Virus record (IMG/VR): IMGVR_UViG_3300016665_000824
Span: 32,001 to 96,000 of that record
Direction: 5' to 3' (one strand)
Length of the DNA: 64,000 nt
Source: a virus
Numbering within the stretch: position 1 is the first letter of the stretch; the number at the start of each line of letters is the position of its first letter. The position numbers and the translations under genes are program-made. A model generated the notes under the pieces. That model was not told the origin of the DNA. It saw nothing but the letters and a program-made list of their open reading frames with translations, and ran no database searches. Positions 47,509 to 56,655 of the stretch are shown here, in pieces.

Positions 47509-48202
47509 GTAAAGCCTTGATAGACTTGGCGTGTTTAGCAGGTGCTAGGGTAACAACACCACTAGCACTTGCGGCGGTGGGTTGAGCACCGTCGAAGGAC
47601 TGGAAGTCCACGCTGACTTGGAAGTAAGCATCGGCATCACCAGAAACACCAGCATTGATATTGGTGGTAAAGATCTTGCCGTAGTTGGGTACACCGCTCG
47701 CAGCCGTCGCAACGGTCGTACTGGAAATTGTAAAAGATGTGCCAGTCTCGGTAACAGCGATCGTGTGGGCTTGACCAGGAACTACCGAGGTTACGGTAAT
47801 CGTGTAAGGACTAGCGACAGAAGCGGTGCTGGCGTAGAGATAAGGATTGAGGTTGATTAGAGCCAAGACAATTTCGATTACATCAGCAAGGCTGTCGCCA
47901 GACTGAACCGTGTAAGTCAACTCGCGAGTCTTGGGAGATCCAGAACCGTCGGTTGCCGAGACAATAACAGTGTCGCCTGCGGTAGGAGATGTTGCGGCAA
48001 TAGTAAAGGTGGAAACTTGAGCGATCGCGCTAGGGTTGAAAGATAGGTAGTGGTCAACTGTGTTGCGCTTGTTGGAGCCTACAAAGTTGACACTAGTTTG
48101 AGCGGTCAGAGGCAGTGTTGTAGGGGTCGAAGTGGTCGCGGTTTGACCGTAAGTAATCGAAGATACTGCTTGAGCCGAAGCTTCGGGGCTGTAGGAAGGC
48201 AT
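47489..48202 (-). CDS. Thr/Ser/Ala-rich putative virion structural protein
   Basis: 237-aa ORF, first gene after 150-bp intergenic region. Confidence 0.45.
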   Translation of the reverse strand: MPSYSPEASAQAVSSITYGQTATTSTPTTLPLTAQTSVNFVGSNKRNTVDHYLSFNPSAIAQVSTFTIAATSPTAGDTVIVSATDGSGSPKTRELTYTVQSGDSLADVIEIVLALINLNPYLYASTASVASPYTITVTSVVPGQAHTIAVTETGTSFTISSTTVATAASGVPNYGKIFTTNINAGVSGDADAYFQVSVDFQSFDGAQPTAASASGVVTLAPAKHAKSIKALRAARGV

Positions 48203-48351
48203 TGAAAGTAATCCTCATGAGGGAATCCCCCGATACTTTCAGTTAAATAAGAAGGCTGTTTTTTTTTAGAGGAATTAGCGAATGTTATTCCCTATTTACC
48301 CTCGTTCTTGAGGTAGAATTACTTCAATCGATAACAAGCAGGGGTCTTCAC

Positions 48352-48630
48352 TTGGTGATTACGCAACAACTACGGGGGCTAGAAAGCTTCCTGTCGGAAC
48401 TATGCCCGTCACACGGATCTGGAATTGAATTAACTTCGATAGGCGATCGCGTCGTTAAAATTGCGTGTCAATACGAGGGTCACGCAAGAATTATTAGTGA
48501 TCTGCTAAAGCTGCAAAAAAACATAGCCAAGCTCGAAGGGCTTGGCTATGAAAAAGCAATAATTGTCTTTGCCAGCGCGACAAAGAAAGAAGTTATCTTG
48601 ACCGTAGAGACCTGTGACTATCTTCCCTGA
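48352..48630 (+). CDS. Small hypothetical protein
   Basis: 92-aa ORF. Confidence 0.3.
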   Translation: MVITQQLRGLESFLSELCPSHGSGIELTSIGDRVVKIACQYEGHARIISDLLKLQKNIAKLEGLGYEKAIIVFASATKKEVILTVETCDYLP

Positions 48631-49471
48631 TTGGCTCAAAGCCTAGTGGCGTTGCTAGCAGCTCCGCCACTGAATAGGGATCTCCATTCTCTTTCTTAAG
48701 GACTTCGAGCTTTGCTAGTTGCTTAACAATGCTCCTGATTTGTCCTAGATAAGAGCTTTCAGAGATTTTGTTTATGATCAGTTCTAGCTCCATCCTCACA
48801 AAGTTTTGTCCATCTTCGTTCATCTGATCGACTAGCGATCGCAGAACCCCGTCTTGAGTTATTCCTCTTAACGTCATTTGCTCTCTAACGTACTTACTCA
48901 GCAAGTCAGAGATGGTTGTCTCGGATTCCATGCGGTTTTCTTTTGTAGGTATTGTCTTCGACTCTATAGCCTCGACCTTCTTCCGCGAGTCGGCGGAAGG
49001 CGCTTTACTGGCAACTATTAGCGGGATCTCCTTCCTTATCCACGCATTTTTGGGTAGTTTGCCATCATCATTCGTGTCTAAATAATCAAAAACGTTGTAA
49101 TCCGAATCCACACTTCCCGTCATACAGAAGAGGAGGAATAATTTAGTCCAAGCTTCGTTCACTTTCGAGTCAGAATATCTTTGTTCTATTTCAAATCCGC
49201 GAGCCATCTCAGTAAGCTCCCCCCGCAGCCTTTCCTGAGCGGAAAATCTGTCCTTAGCTGTCAAGTTTGTGCCGTCTAGTTTGAGCAGATAGATAATAAA
49301 CTGCTGCATGTAATTACCAAACTCCGCTTGGCTCATTACCATTACATCTTTACGATAGCGCGAGAACCATCTTGAAAATGCCTTAGATCGAATTTTTGTT
49401 CTAGGGTCGTCCTTCCCCTTCTTGAGACTGCCTTGCTTTTCTTTGTCTTTCACCATAGTTGCCGAAGGCAT
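48593..49471 (-). CDS. Hypothetical protein with basic N-terminus
   Basis: ATG at 49471 (MPSATM) preferred over TTG at 49495; divergent from plus-strand genes. Confidence 0.45.
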   Translation of the reverse strand: MPSATMVKDKEKQGSLKKGKDDPRTKIRSKAFSRWFSRYRKDVMVMSQAEFGNYMQQFIIYLLKLDGTNLTAKDRFSAQERLRGELTEMARGFEIEQRYSDSKVNEAWTKLFLLFCMTGSVDSDYNVFDYLDTNDDGKLPKNAWIRKEIPLIVASKAPSADSRKKVEAIESKTIPTKENRMESETTISDLLSKYVREQMTLRGITQDGVLRSLVDQMNEDGQNFVRMELELIINKISESSYLGQIRSIVKQLAKLEVLKKENGDPYSVAELLATPLGFEPIREDSHRSLRSR

Positions 49472-49487
49472 AATTTTCCTCTTGTTT

Positions 49488-49498
49488 TGCCACAAAAT
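49488..49498 (+). promoter_or_regulatory. TGCCACAAAAT half-site motif
   Basis: One of three exact copies of the 11-mer (49488, 49613, reverse at 61932). Confidence 0.4.
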
Positions 49499-49522
49499 TA
49501 AAACATTTTTACGTTATATATG

Positions 49523-49573
49523 GTATCCTTATGAGGTGTCCATATATTGGATCAAATCCTAGTATAAGGATAC
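49523..49573. promoter_or_regulatory. Nested palindromes in divergent intergenic region (candidate operator)
   Basis: GTATCCTTAT...ATAAGGATAC 10-bp inverted repeat around TCCATATATTGGA and GGATCAAATCC palindromes. Confidence 0.4.
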
Positions 49574-49595
49574 ACCAAAAAACGGAAAAACGAGT

Positions 49596-50051
49596 ATGTC
49601 TAACTCTAGTTCTGCCACAAAATTGGCGATCGCAAGATTAAAAGGATCTGACCTGCCTATTTTTGTTCCAGTTTCAGTCTCTGAGAAAGTCGCAACCCTA
49701 GTCAGGGAGTGTATTTTACAGTCCGACAGTTTAAAGATATTAAAAGTTACTACTACAGTTTACAACGAGCTTACTAAGCATTTAAAGCAGTACGAAAAGC
49801 CAAAATATACCATTCCTCAGTATCTTTTGATGCTCCTATATACGGTTTCTACTACTTCAGAATTGATCGAAAAACACAACAAGGGTTTAATTTCAGATGA
49901 CGAGTTTATTAACTGTATCAAAAACAACAAAAACGCAAACGGGACTAAAACCTCCCGCAAAATGGGTCGGAAGAAAGCAAGCGTTGATGCCAGCGATCGC
50001 GCAGTACTTCCCCGCGAGGTTCACAAAAGAACCAGTTCCAAGGTTTCTTGA
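49596..50051 (+). CDS. Hypothetical protein; 3' end overlaps methyltransferase start
   Basis: 151-aa ORF; ~155-nt overlap with next gene in another frame. Confidence 0.35.
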   Translation: MSNSSSATKLAIARLKGSDLPIFVPVSVSEKVATLVRECILQSDSLKILKVTTTVYNELTKHLKQYEKPKYTIPQYLLMLLYTVSTTSELIEKHNKGLISDDEFINCIKNNKNANGTKTSRKMGRKKASVDASDRAVLPREVHKRTSSKVS

Positions 50052-50814
50052 TTTCAAAAAGGGTGTCGGCAATTTCCACGACCCTTTCGTTGGTACTGGT
50101 AGTGCATTTTTGTATTTTGCGGATGGATTTCGAGGCGATCGCAAGATTTTTATTAGTGACAGTAATCCTGAACTCATTAATATTTGGCTGTGCATTCAAG
50201 CCGATCCTCTAAGGCTTTTAAGATCCTTGCTTGAATACAAGCGCCCTGTATTTAACAGCGCCGAATCGTACTATCACGAAAGGCAGATCTTCAATCAGCA
50301 GTTTAAAGGTTCTTACGACTACGAGCTAGCAGCAAGAATGATCTACTTAATTCAGGCTGGTTTCAATAGCCTATGGAGGGTTAACAGCGACGGTGAAATG
50401 AACACGCCTTTTGGCTCTCAGAAGCAAATTGCCCTTCTTACCGAGAATGATTTGACCGCGCTTTCGGTTCTCCTTCAAAAAGCGACAATCAAACATCAGC
50501 CTTTTGAAGAGTCGCTAAAAGATGTACAACCCAATGATGTCGTCTATCTCGACCCGCCATACATTGAAGTCAAAAAGAATTCCTTCAATAAATACACCAC
50601 AAAAGGTTTTAGCAGAGAGCAGCAGATACTCCTCCGCCAAGAAGCCGATCGCCTGCACGATCTAGGCGCTTATGTATACGCCAGTAATAGCGATACCCCC
50701 TTGAGTCGCGAAATTTGGTCGGGCTGGAAAATCGCAGAACTGACGAGATCGGGCTGCATGAACTCAGATGCAACCAAGCGTCAACGGGTTGGAGAGTTGT
50801 TATTTTATAAATAA
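49897..50814 (+). CDS. dam: DNA N6-adenine methyltransferase, Dam (D12) class
   Basis: KWVGRK N-terminal motif, FVGTGS motif I, VYLDPPY motif IV. Confidence 0.8.
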   Translation: MTSLLTVSKTTKTQTGLKPPAKWVGRKQALMPAIAQYFPARFTKEPVPRFLDFKKGVGNFHDPFVGTGSAFLYFADGFRGDRKIFISDSNPELINIWLCIQADPLRLLRSLLEYKRPVFNSAESYYHERQIFNQQFKGSYDYELAARMIYLIQAGFNSLWRVNSDGEMNTPFGSQKQIALLTENDLTALSVLLQKATIKHQPFEESLKDVQPNDVVYLDPPYIEVKKNSFNKYTTKGFSREQQILLRQEADRLHDLGAYVYASNSDTPLSREIWSGWKIAELTRSGCMNSDATKRQRVGELLFYK

Positions 50815-51418
50815 AAAAAGCCAGTCGCGGGACTGGCTACAGGTAAAACAACAAAAGACAACTAAGCGGAAATCAACATATACCGAGCATTTGTGGAGAA
50901 CAGCTCAGGCACTTATGGATATTAGCACAGAATTAAAACAAATCACTGTGAGATCGATGCGAGGAGGCAGCTTTTCGTTCGGTCCTCACGATATTCGAGT
51001 CGATCGCGGGTCGATCTTAGGCAATCCCTACGAGATGGCGAAAGATGAATCCAATCGCGATCGCGTATGCCTTGCCTACAAGCACTGGCTATTTGCAAAT
51101 ATTCGGTACTGGCTGGACATGAAAGAAAAAGGCATTGCAAAGGCTCTCTGGTGGCATATCGATCCAAAGAGCATAGCGATCGCCTCGGATTTAAGAATTG
51201 CTCCGTCGTGGAAGCAGTTCACTGTTGCTCAGGTGGAGAGTGAATTTACTCGCCTCTGCTATGAAGCAACCCAGCACGATATCAACCTCATTTGCTGGTG
51301 CTTTCCAAAAGCTTGCCATGCGGATGTACTGCGAGCAGCCTTGATCTGGTACTACGAGGAGCATTACTTAAAGGAGTGCTCACGGATTGAAACGACTATT
51401 AAAGAATTTTTTAGGTAA
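50768..51418 (+). CDS. DUF4326-like small protein (real start probably ~50908-50956)
   Basis: GSILGNPY and LICWCFPKACHADVL motifs recalled from DUF4326-type proteins; N-terminal part of track ORF spans a hairpin. Confidence 0.4.
   Translation: MQPSVNGLESCYFINKKSQSRDWLQVKQQKTTKRKSTYTEHLWRTAQALMDISTELKQITVRSMRGGSFSFGPHDIRVDRGSILGNPYEMAKDESNRDRVCLAYKHWLFANIRYWLDMKEKGIAKALWWHIDPKSIAIASDLRIAPSWKQFTVAQVESEFTRLCYEATQHDINLICWCFPKACHADVLRAALIWYYEEHYLKECSRIETTIKEFFR
50819..50838 (-). terminator. Terminator-like hairpin oriented for the minus strand
   Basis: AGCCAGTC-GCGG-GACTGGCT preceded by A7 on plus strand (U7 after hairpin on minus); directly after Dam stop. Confidence 0.35.
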
Positions 51419-51423
51419 ACACT

Positions 51424-51690
51424 ATGAGAAAACAAGTCCACTATGCCGTTCGCGCCGTTAAAGCCTTGATGGATGGCGATGTTGTAACAATCGATGGGAT
51501 GGATTATATCTATCAAGACGGGCAGATACTGATAAGGGCTACTCGCATTGAAGACGGCGTTGAGTCTGAAGTATGGCTGGGAGGAATGTGCTCCGAAATG
51601 AGTCTCGACTACTTTTTGAATTACTGCGCCAACAAAACTTTTGAAGATCAAGTTCTCGATTTTCCCGTAAAAATTCCATCACGGTACTAA
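51424..51690 (+). CDS. Small hypothetical early protein
   Basis: 88 aa, tightly packed array. Confidence 0.45.
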   Translation: MRKQVHYAVRAVKALMDGDVVTIDGMDYIYQDGQILIRATRIEDGVESEVWLGGMCSEMSLDYFLNYCANKTFEDQVLDFPVKIPSRY

Positions 51691-51691
51691 T

Positions 51692-51901
51692 ATGAATACA
51701 CAAATTAAGCTCAGGCATTCCGTTGTTTTACCTACACCCCTAAAAGTTGGCGATCGCGTAGAAATCGCAGGTCCATCTCGCCACGTTGGAATTATTACGG
51801 AGATTAAAGATAGTCCATATTCGGGGCTATCCTACAGCGTCAAGTTTGGCAGCAATATCCGTCTTGACCGTATCGCCCCAGAAGCCTTGACAAAGTTATG
51901 A
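51692..51901 (+). CDS. Small hypothetical protein (SH3/KOW-like composition)
   Basis: 69 aa; GDRVEIAGPSRHVGIITEI. Confidence 0.45.
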   Translation: MNTQIKLRHSVVLPTPLKVGDRVEIAGPSRHVGIITEIKDSPYSGLSYSVKFGSNIRLDRIAPEALTKL

Positions 51902-52230
51902 TTAAGAAGCGTCCAGCGATCGGGCGGCTAGTAAGGTTGCCAAGTAAAATCGTCACTGTTGTGGGGTATAAGGATGGGGTTTTTCTAGTCCGCGTCGGCA
52001 CGGGAAAGACTCAGAAAATCACGGAATCGTTTCTTATGGCGCACGGCGTTCTTGTCGAGAAGGAGTGGCGCGAGGAGAAGAAGTCTGCACCCAAACAGGA
52101 ATACGTGAACCGAGAGTTTAAACGCTTCTTTGAGGAGCGAGCCGAAAGGGACTACCAAGAAAAAGTTCTTAAGGGCTTTAAGATTGAGGATGAAGTTATC
52201 GAAGGATTTGAGGCGATCGCGGAGGAATAA
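51898..52230 (+). CDS. Small hypothetical protein
   Basis: 110 aa, ATGA overlap with previous gene. Confidence 0.45.
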   Translation: MIKKRPAIGRLVRLPSKIVTVVGYKDGVFLVRVGTGKTQKITESFLMAHGVLVEKEWREEKKSAPKQEYVNREFKRFFEERAERDYQEKVLKGFKIEDEVIEGFEAIAEE

Positions 52231-52437
52231 ATGGATATCGAAGAACTTGTTGCCGCAGCATCCGTAAGTCGGCATATATATCTTGAGCGCGTCGGCAAAG
52301 GTAGGCTACCAAAAGGATTTCCCTGTGGTGAGCTAATGTGCGTTAATTCGGACGGCAACCGAACTTATTTATTTGATTCGGCGAAAGTCTTAAAGTGGTG
52401 TCGAAAGCAAAATAATCAGGCGATCGCGGAGGAATAA
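52231..52437 (+). CDS. Small hypothetical protein
   Basis: 68 aa, abuts neighbours. Confidence 0.4.
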   Translation: MDIEELVAAASVSRHIYLERVGKGRLPKGFPCGELMCVNSDGNRTYLFDSAKVLKWCRKQNNQAIAEE

Positions 52438-52703
52438 TGCGAAAAATAGACAAGGACTACAGTTTTACAGAACGAGAGATTCAGGCGTTAATGTTGATAT
52501 GCACTATTGGACGAGAAGACTGGCTCACTAAAGAGGTGAAGGAGATATTGTCGCAATACATAAGCAGAAAGATGTATCACAGGACTGCTTCTCAAGTCTT
52601 TGCTCACAGAAAAAGAGTTCTGGGTTCTTTCCCTAGCAATGCGGGTAAATACTTACTTGAAAGGCGAACTAGCTTTATTGAGCGATCGCGGAGGAGTGAG
52701 TAA
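52437..52703 (+). CDS. Small hypothetical protein
   Basis: 88 aa; stop lies in bidirectional terminator. Confidence 0.4.
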   Translation: MRKIDKDYSFTEREIQALMLICTIGREDWLTKEVKEILSQYISRKMYHRTASQVFAHRKRVLGSFPSNAGKYLLERRTSFIERSRRSE

Positions 52704-52753
52704 AAATATAAAAAGACGATCCGACGTGAGATCGGATCGTCTTTTTATATTTT
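52703..52753. terminator. Bidirectional intrinsic terminator
   Basis: 22-bp stem AAAATATAAAAAGACGATCCGA / TCGGATCGTCTTTTTATATTTT between convergent small-gene array and primase. Confidence 0.65.
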
Positions 52754-52874
52754 GGTAGGCTGTGAAACAACTAATACAAAAGGGTTTTAGGGTATTGGAA
52801 GGAATTTTGGTAAGGTGTGAATCTCGCTGCTTTTTAATTACGCGAATACACGTAATTCATATTTACCAATACCT

Positions 52875-54632
52875 CTAGCTAGCGATCGCCATTAATTTAG
52901 TCAACCCAGCCTTCCGCAACATCTCTTGCTGGAGCTTGGTTTGAAAATATGGCTTATCCTCAGCACTTGCTACTCGATACAGTTCCAGCCAGTATTTCTC
53001 CCGCTTCTCGCAGTGTATATGCTGAATCTTGGCGATCGCACGGTCAACCACTGCCTTGACATCGCCAGCGATCGCCTCTTGCATTGCGTAAGGTATGTCC
53101 GAAAAGTCATCGTTCAGGAATTTATCCCACAGCGCACAGTGATCGTCATGGGCAAATTCGATCTCTTGAAGCAGGATATACCCCCGCAAATCGGGATGAT
53201 GGACAAAGGCTTTTAGTATCTGCATTTCGGCTAGTTGCAGAGCAGTATAACTGGGTTTTGCGGCAACCTGTGGTGATTCAGATCGGAATACCGATCGCGC
53301 AAGTCGATGTAAATCCTCCTCAATGCGTACGGCAAGGCGAGCATTTCCCTGAGCTAACTTCTGAGCACACTTATGGGTATAGTGGCTACGTCGGGCATCC
53401 ATCGGCAATGGGGCGAGTATTTGCGCGATCGCTTGATTAGCTCGCTGGAAGTCGGCAGAATTGTTAAGGTCTTTGCCCTTAATCTCAAGGTCAATTAACC
53501 AGTCAAGGTATAGCGGCGCTTCGCGGAGCAGCGATAAGTACGCTTCAGAACCATAAGTGGTTAGGTACTCGTCGGCATCTTTTTTGCCCTCAATGGTTAG
53601 TATCCGTAGATTTACCGTACCATCCAGAACTAGCTCTAGGACTTGACTTACGGCTTTTTTAGTTGCCGTAACACCTGCTTTGTCCGAGTCGAAGTTGCAA
53701 ACTATACGCTTCGACTCAGTATGGCGTAAAACCTGTTTAATTTGAGCGGCGCTAAGCGCTGTGCCCATTGAGCCGACTGCATGGGTAATTCCATTTTGGT
53801 GCAGGGAAATCACGTCGAGGTGTCCTTCGACAATTACCGCCTCGTCGTTCTTGGCGATCGCCTCACAAGCTTTGTCTAGTCCAAACAGTAGTTCACCCTT
53901 TTTGAACAACTCGGTTTCGGGCGAGTTGATATACTTTGCGCCGTCGTCCTCACCGCTTAGCGATCGCGCAGAAAATCCAACCACGCGACCACGGATATCG
54001 GCGATCGGGATAATCAGGCGATCGCGAAATCGGTCATAGTAGCCTTCGTTTTCTTTGCGAGGTATCGCCAACCCCAATTCTTCAAGAGTTTGAACGGGGA
54101 TATTTAACTCGGCAAGGTTACTCCACCCCGCAGGCGCGTAACCGAGCTTGAACTTATTGCAGGTATCTCTGGTGATTTTGCGTTTTTCTAAGTAGGCAAG
54201 GGCTTTGGTGTTGAGCTGTTGCTGGTAGTAACGAGTGACTTTAGCTATTTGATCGAAGAGGTATTCCCTGTGCGATCGCTCCTTAACGATTTGCTCGGCA
54301 TGTTCTGGCTCTTCGGTTCTTACTTCAACCCCGTAACGACCAGCCAAATCTAGTACGGCATCTGGGAACGATTTATGACCAATCTCCATCATAAACTTGA
54401 TCGCACCACCCGACGCACCGCAGTTATGGCAGTAATACATGCCTTTGCTGGGGTCTACCGAGAGGGCGCTGGGATTCGTGCCGTTGTGAAATGGGCAAGC
54501 GCCACGAAATGAGTGACCCGACCGCTTAAGTACGACGTTTTCGCTAACGACATCAACGATGTCGGCTTTGTCGTTTACTGCGGCGATCGTATCAGCATGG
54601 ATTCGGAATGATTTAGGTTTGGCGGATTGCAT
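52875..54632 (-). CDS. dnaG: DNA primase, DnaG-type
   Basis: N-terminal CHC2 zinc finger (CPFHNGTNPSALSV...YYCHNCGASGG), central polymerase region, TOPRIM-like EGHLDVISL and DSDKAG. Confidence 0.85.
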   Translation of the reverse strand: MQSAKPKSFRIHADTIAAVNDKADIVDVVSENVVLKRSGHSFRGACPFHNGTNPSALSVDPSKGMYYCHNCGASGGAIKFMMEIGHKSFPDAVLDLAGRYGVEVRTEEPEHAEQIVKERSHREYLFDQIAKVTRYYQQQLNTKALAYLEKRKITRDTCNKFKLGYAPAGWSNLAELNIPVQTLEELGLAIPRKENEGYYDRFRDRLIIPIADIRGRVVGFSARSLSGEDDGAKYINSPETELFKKGELLFGLDKACEAIAKNDEAVIVEGHLDVISLHQNGITHAVGSMGTALSAAQIKQVLRHTESKRIVCNFDSDKAGVTATKKAVSQVLELVLDGTVNLRILTIEGKKDADEYLTTYGSEAYLSLLREAPLYLDWLIDLEIKGKDLNNSADFQRANQAIAQILAPLPMDARRSHYTHKCAQKLAQGNARLAVRIEEDLHRLARSVFRSESPQVAAKPSYTALQLAEMQILKAFVHHPDLRGYILLQEIEFAHDDHCALWDKFLNDDFSDIPYAMQEAIAGDVKAVVDRAIAKIQHIHCEKREKYWLELYRVASAEDKPYFQTKLQQEMLRKAGLTKLMAIAS

Positions 54633-54861
54633 CTTGATCTTCCCTATCTACGCGAGCTTCTCCCTCTAAAACTTTTTGCAGGTCTAAAACTCTGAAGCCG
54701 ACTGGGTTGCACTGAGTTAACTTGGCTGCGTCATGGATGGCATGACCATACTCTTCGTAAATCTTTCCCTCTTCTACCCCCGCTTCGGCGCAGGCAGGGC
54801 CAGAATAAGGCTCGGAGGTGTAACGACTCGATTTATTGATGATGTACTTAGGCATATTCAC
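54613..54861 (-). CDS. Small hypothetical protein
   Basis: 82-aa ORF upstream of primase. Confidence 0.4.
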   Translation of the reverse strand: MNMPKYIINKSSRYTSEPYSGPACAEAGVEEGKIYEEYGHAIHDAAKLTQCNPVGFRVLDLQKVLEGEARVDREDQDAIRQT

Positions 54862-54896
54862 CTCTTGAGAATCTTTTGTACGATCGCTTGTTGTCG

Positions 54897-55199
54897 TTAA
54901 ACAAATAGGAAGGACTGAACTTCATCAGCCTTGGTTGCGACCAACGGCAAGTGCTGACGCAGTATCTTGTACCCTTGCATCTCCCAAGTCAAAGCAATCC
55001 TCTCCGCTAGCTCTAAAGCGTCATAACAAGGATTTAATCGATGAAAAACACCGCTCAGTAATTCGTACCCACACTCAGGGGGGAGTTGCTCAAGATCTTG
55101 GATTAGCTGAGTAATTTTAGTACTTACCGTGATACCACCTTGATTAACAAAAATAGTCGCGTCAAATGTTTTGCTTAGACCTTTCAAATTGATTGTCAT
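54897..55199 (-). CDS. Small hypothetical protein
   Basis: Start at MTINLKG (ATG 55199) with AGGAAG 6 nt upstream. Confidence 0.45.
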   Translation of the reverse strand: MTINLKGLSKTFDATIFVNQGGITVSTKITQLIQDLEQLPPECGYELLSGVFHRLNPCYDALELAERIALTWEMQGYKILRQHLPLVATKADEVQSFLFV

Positions 55200-55209
55200 T
55201 TTGTTCTTC

Positions 55210-55674
55210 CTATATCTTTTGCGCGATCGCTTGCTTATGGATGCGATCGCTATGTGTTTGCACTGCCGCCAATTCCCGCTCAAGCTGATCGAATGTCACT
55301 CCATCCCTCTTGTCGCCGTCAACCACTGGGGTTAGTACGGGGTTGATAACTGGGGAGTAGACACACCAGCAGATAGCGATCATGTCGAACTCGGAAGACA
55401 ATCCTTCAGCCTTAAAGACCTCTACCGAATCAACAACCCAATCGGACTTACGAGAATGTGTAGTCCCATCGTCACGCTGATGGGACTTGAGAGACTCGGT
55501 TACTGTTACTGGGTGGATAGGTCGATCGCCTTTCTTTGGCACGGGTTTTGATGAGTAGCTAAGAACCGTGTAGAGGATGTCGGTAAATAGATTGCAGTGA
55601 GTTAGCTTGCGATCGCTAGCACCCTCAGTTTGTCCCACTTTTGCCTTATAGATAATATATTTACTCACTGTCAT
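55210..55674 (-). CDS. Hypothetical early protein
   Basis: 154-aa ORF. Confidence 0.45.
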   Translation of the reverse strand: MTVSKYIIYKAKVGQTEGASDRKLTHCNLFTDILYTVLSYSSKPVPKKGDRPIHPVTVTESLKSHQRDDGTTHSRKSDWVVDSVEVFKAEGLSSEFDMIAICWCVYSPVINPVLTPVVDGDKRDGVTFDQLERELAAVQTHSDRIHKQAIAQKI

Positions 55675-55882
55675 TGTCTCCGTATGTTCTGGGGAATTTT
55701 GCTTCGCCTTTGTAGAAGCAGTTGTGTGTCAGGATTGGATCTCTTGTCAGCTCGTAATGAGAGTAATCCCAATCGTATTTCTTAGCCATTTTTATACATC
55801 TTTCTTCGCTTGACGCGCTGTGAGTTGTATAAAACTCCTGTTCTTCGTCGTCGTCATTCTGTGGCAAAATCTCGTTAGCCAT
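55661..55882 (-). CDS. Small acidic hypothetical protein
   Basis: 73-aa first gene of leftward early operon. Confidence 0.4.
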   Translation of the reverse strand: MANEILPQNDDDEEQEFYTTHSASSEERCIKMAKKYDWDYSHYELTRDPILTHNCFYKGEAKFPRTYGDNDSE

Positions 55883-56027
55883 TAGACCTCTCAGATAGGT
55901 TTGTTTGGTTAGAGGTGATTGCTTGTTGAGAGCAGGCGATCGCCTCGATAGAAATATTATTGCAGAAGTATTGCCAAAACGTCAACTATTGTTTTACACT
56001 TAGAGCATATTAATTCGGTGTAGCGAT

Positions 56028-56261
56028 ATGACTAGTTCTACTTTTGTTGTTGAAGTACCTGTAGAGGTCGGAGACCTACCCCAAAAAATATGGGAGGCTC
56101 GGAGACTTTGCCGACGCAATCATGTTGATTTGTGTAGGGATGCTGGCATAACCCGACAATATTGGACACAAATTGAGAAGGGGCAACGCAAATCAATCCC
56201 TTTACACACACTAAGAAAAATAGAAAAAGCTTTAGGCGTTGATTTTGGTATTCAGGCTTAG
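56028..56261 (+). CDS. XRE-family helix-turn-helix transcriptional regulator (Cro/CI-like)
   Basis: 77 aa; LCRDAGITRQYWTQIEKGQRKSIPLHTLRKIEKALGV HTH pattern; heads rightward operon. Confidence 0.75.
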   Translation: MTSSTFVVEVPVEVGDLPQKIWEARRLCRRNHVDLCRDAGITRQYWTQIEKGQRKSIPLHTLRKIEKALGVDFGIQA

Positions 56262-56266
56262 AAATT

Positions 56267-56623
56267 ATGAAAAAGTTAGACCCCGATGAAATTATCAACA
56301 TCAGCTTTGGCTGGTGCTACTTACTTAAAAATGGCGATCGCGTCTGGGAGCAGGACGACGAAGCTATCTGGGCGCATGATGGTGAGGGTGAAATTCGGTG
56401 GGATCGTGTCAAGGATATTGAGGCGATCGCTGCTCAAGACCCCACCGCCAGATACTTGCTAGTTGTAGACGGAGCCATGTATTCGCGAATATACGAGCGC
56501 TTTGCAACTGGCTGGGTGCAGATTAGGCAGATGCTCGGATTTGCGGATGACTACAGCGCTGAGCTTTTTCAAGAAGAGTTGGAGCGGATTGTTCGTGAAA
56601 AGACATTGTGTTTTGTTGAATAG
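56267..56623 (+). CDS. Hypothetical protein
   Basis: 118-aa ORF. Confidence 0.5.
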   Translation: MKKLDPDEIINISFGWCYLLKNGDRVWEQDDEAIWAHDGEGEIRWDRVKDIEAIAAQDPTARYLLVVDGAMYSRIYERFATGWVQIRQMLGFADDYSAELFQEELERIVREKTLCFVE

Positions 56624-56655
56624 GCTGCGATCGCATAAAAATCGAGGAGAAAACC

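Noticed and set aside
43311-53290. 18-bp exact direct repeat as attachment sites flanking an inserted element
   Set aside because: The second copy is inside an intact primase gene and the intervening 10 kb has no integrase; more likely part of the palindrome family, and an 18-mer match has non-negligible chance probability
53084-53440. 118-aa plus-strand ORF
   Set aside because: Lies antisense within the well-supported primase gene
55883-56027. Explicit -35/-10 assignment for the divergent early promoters
   Set aside because: Several weak candidates but none with consensus spacing; left unannotated
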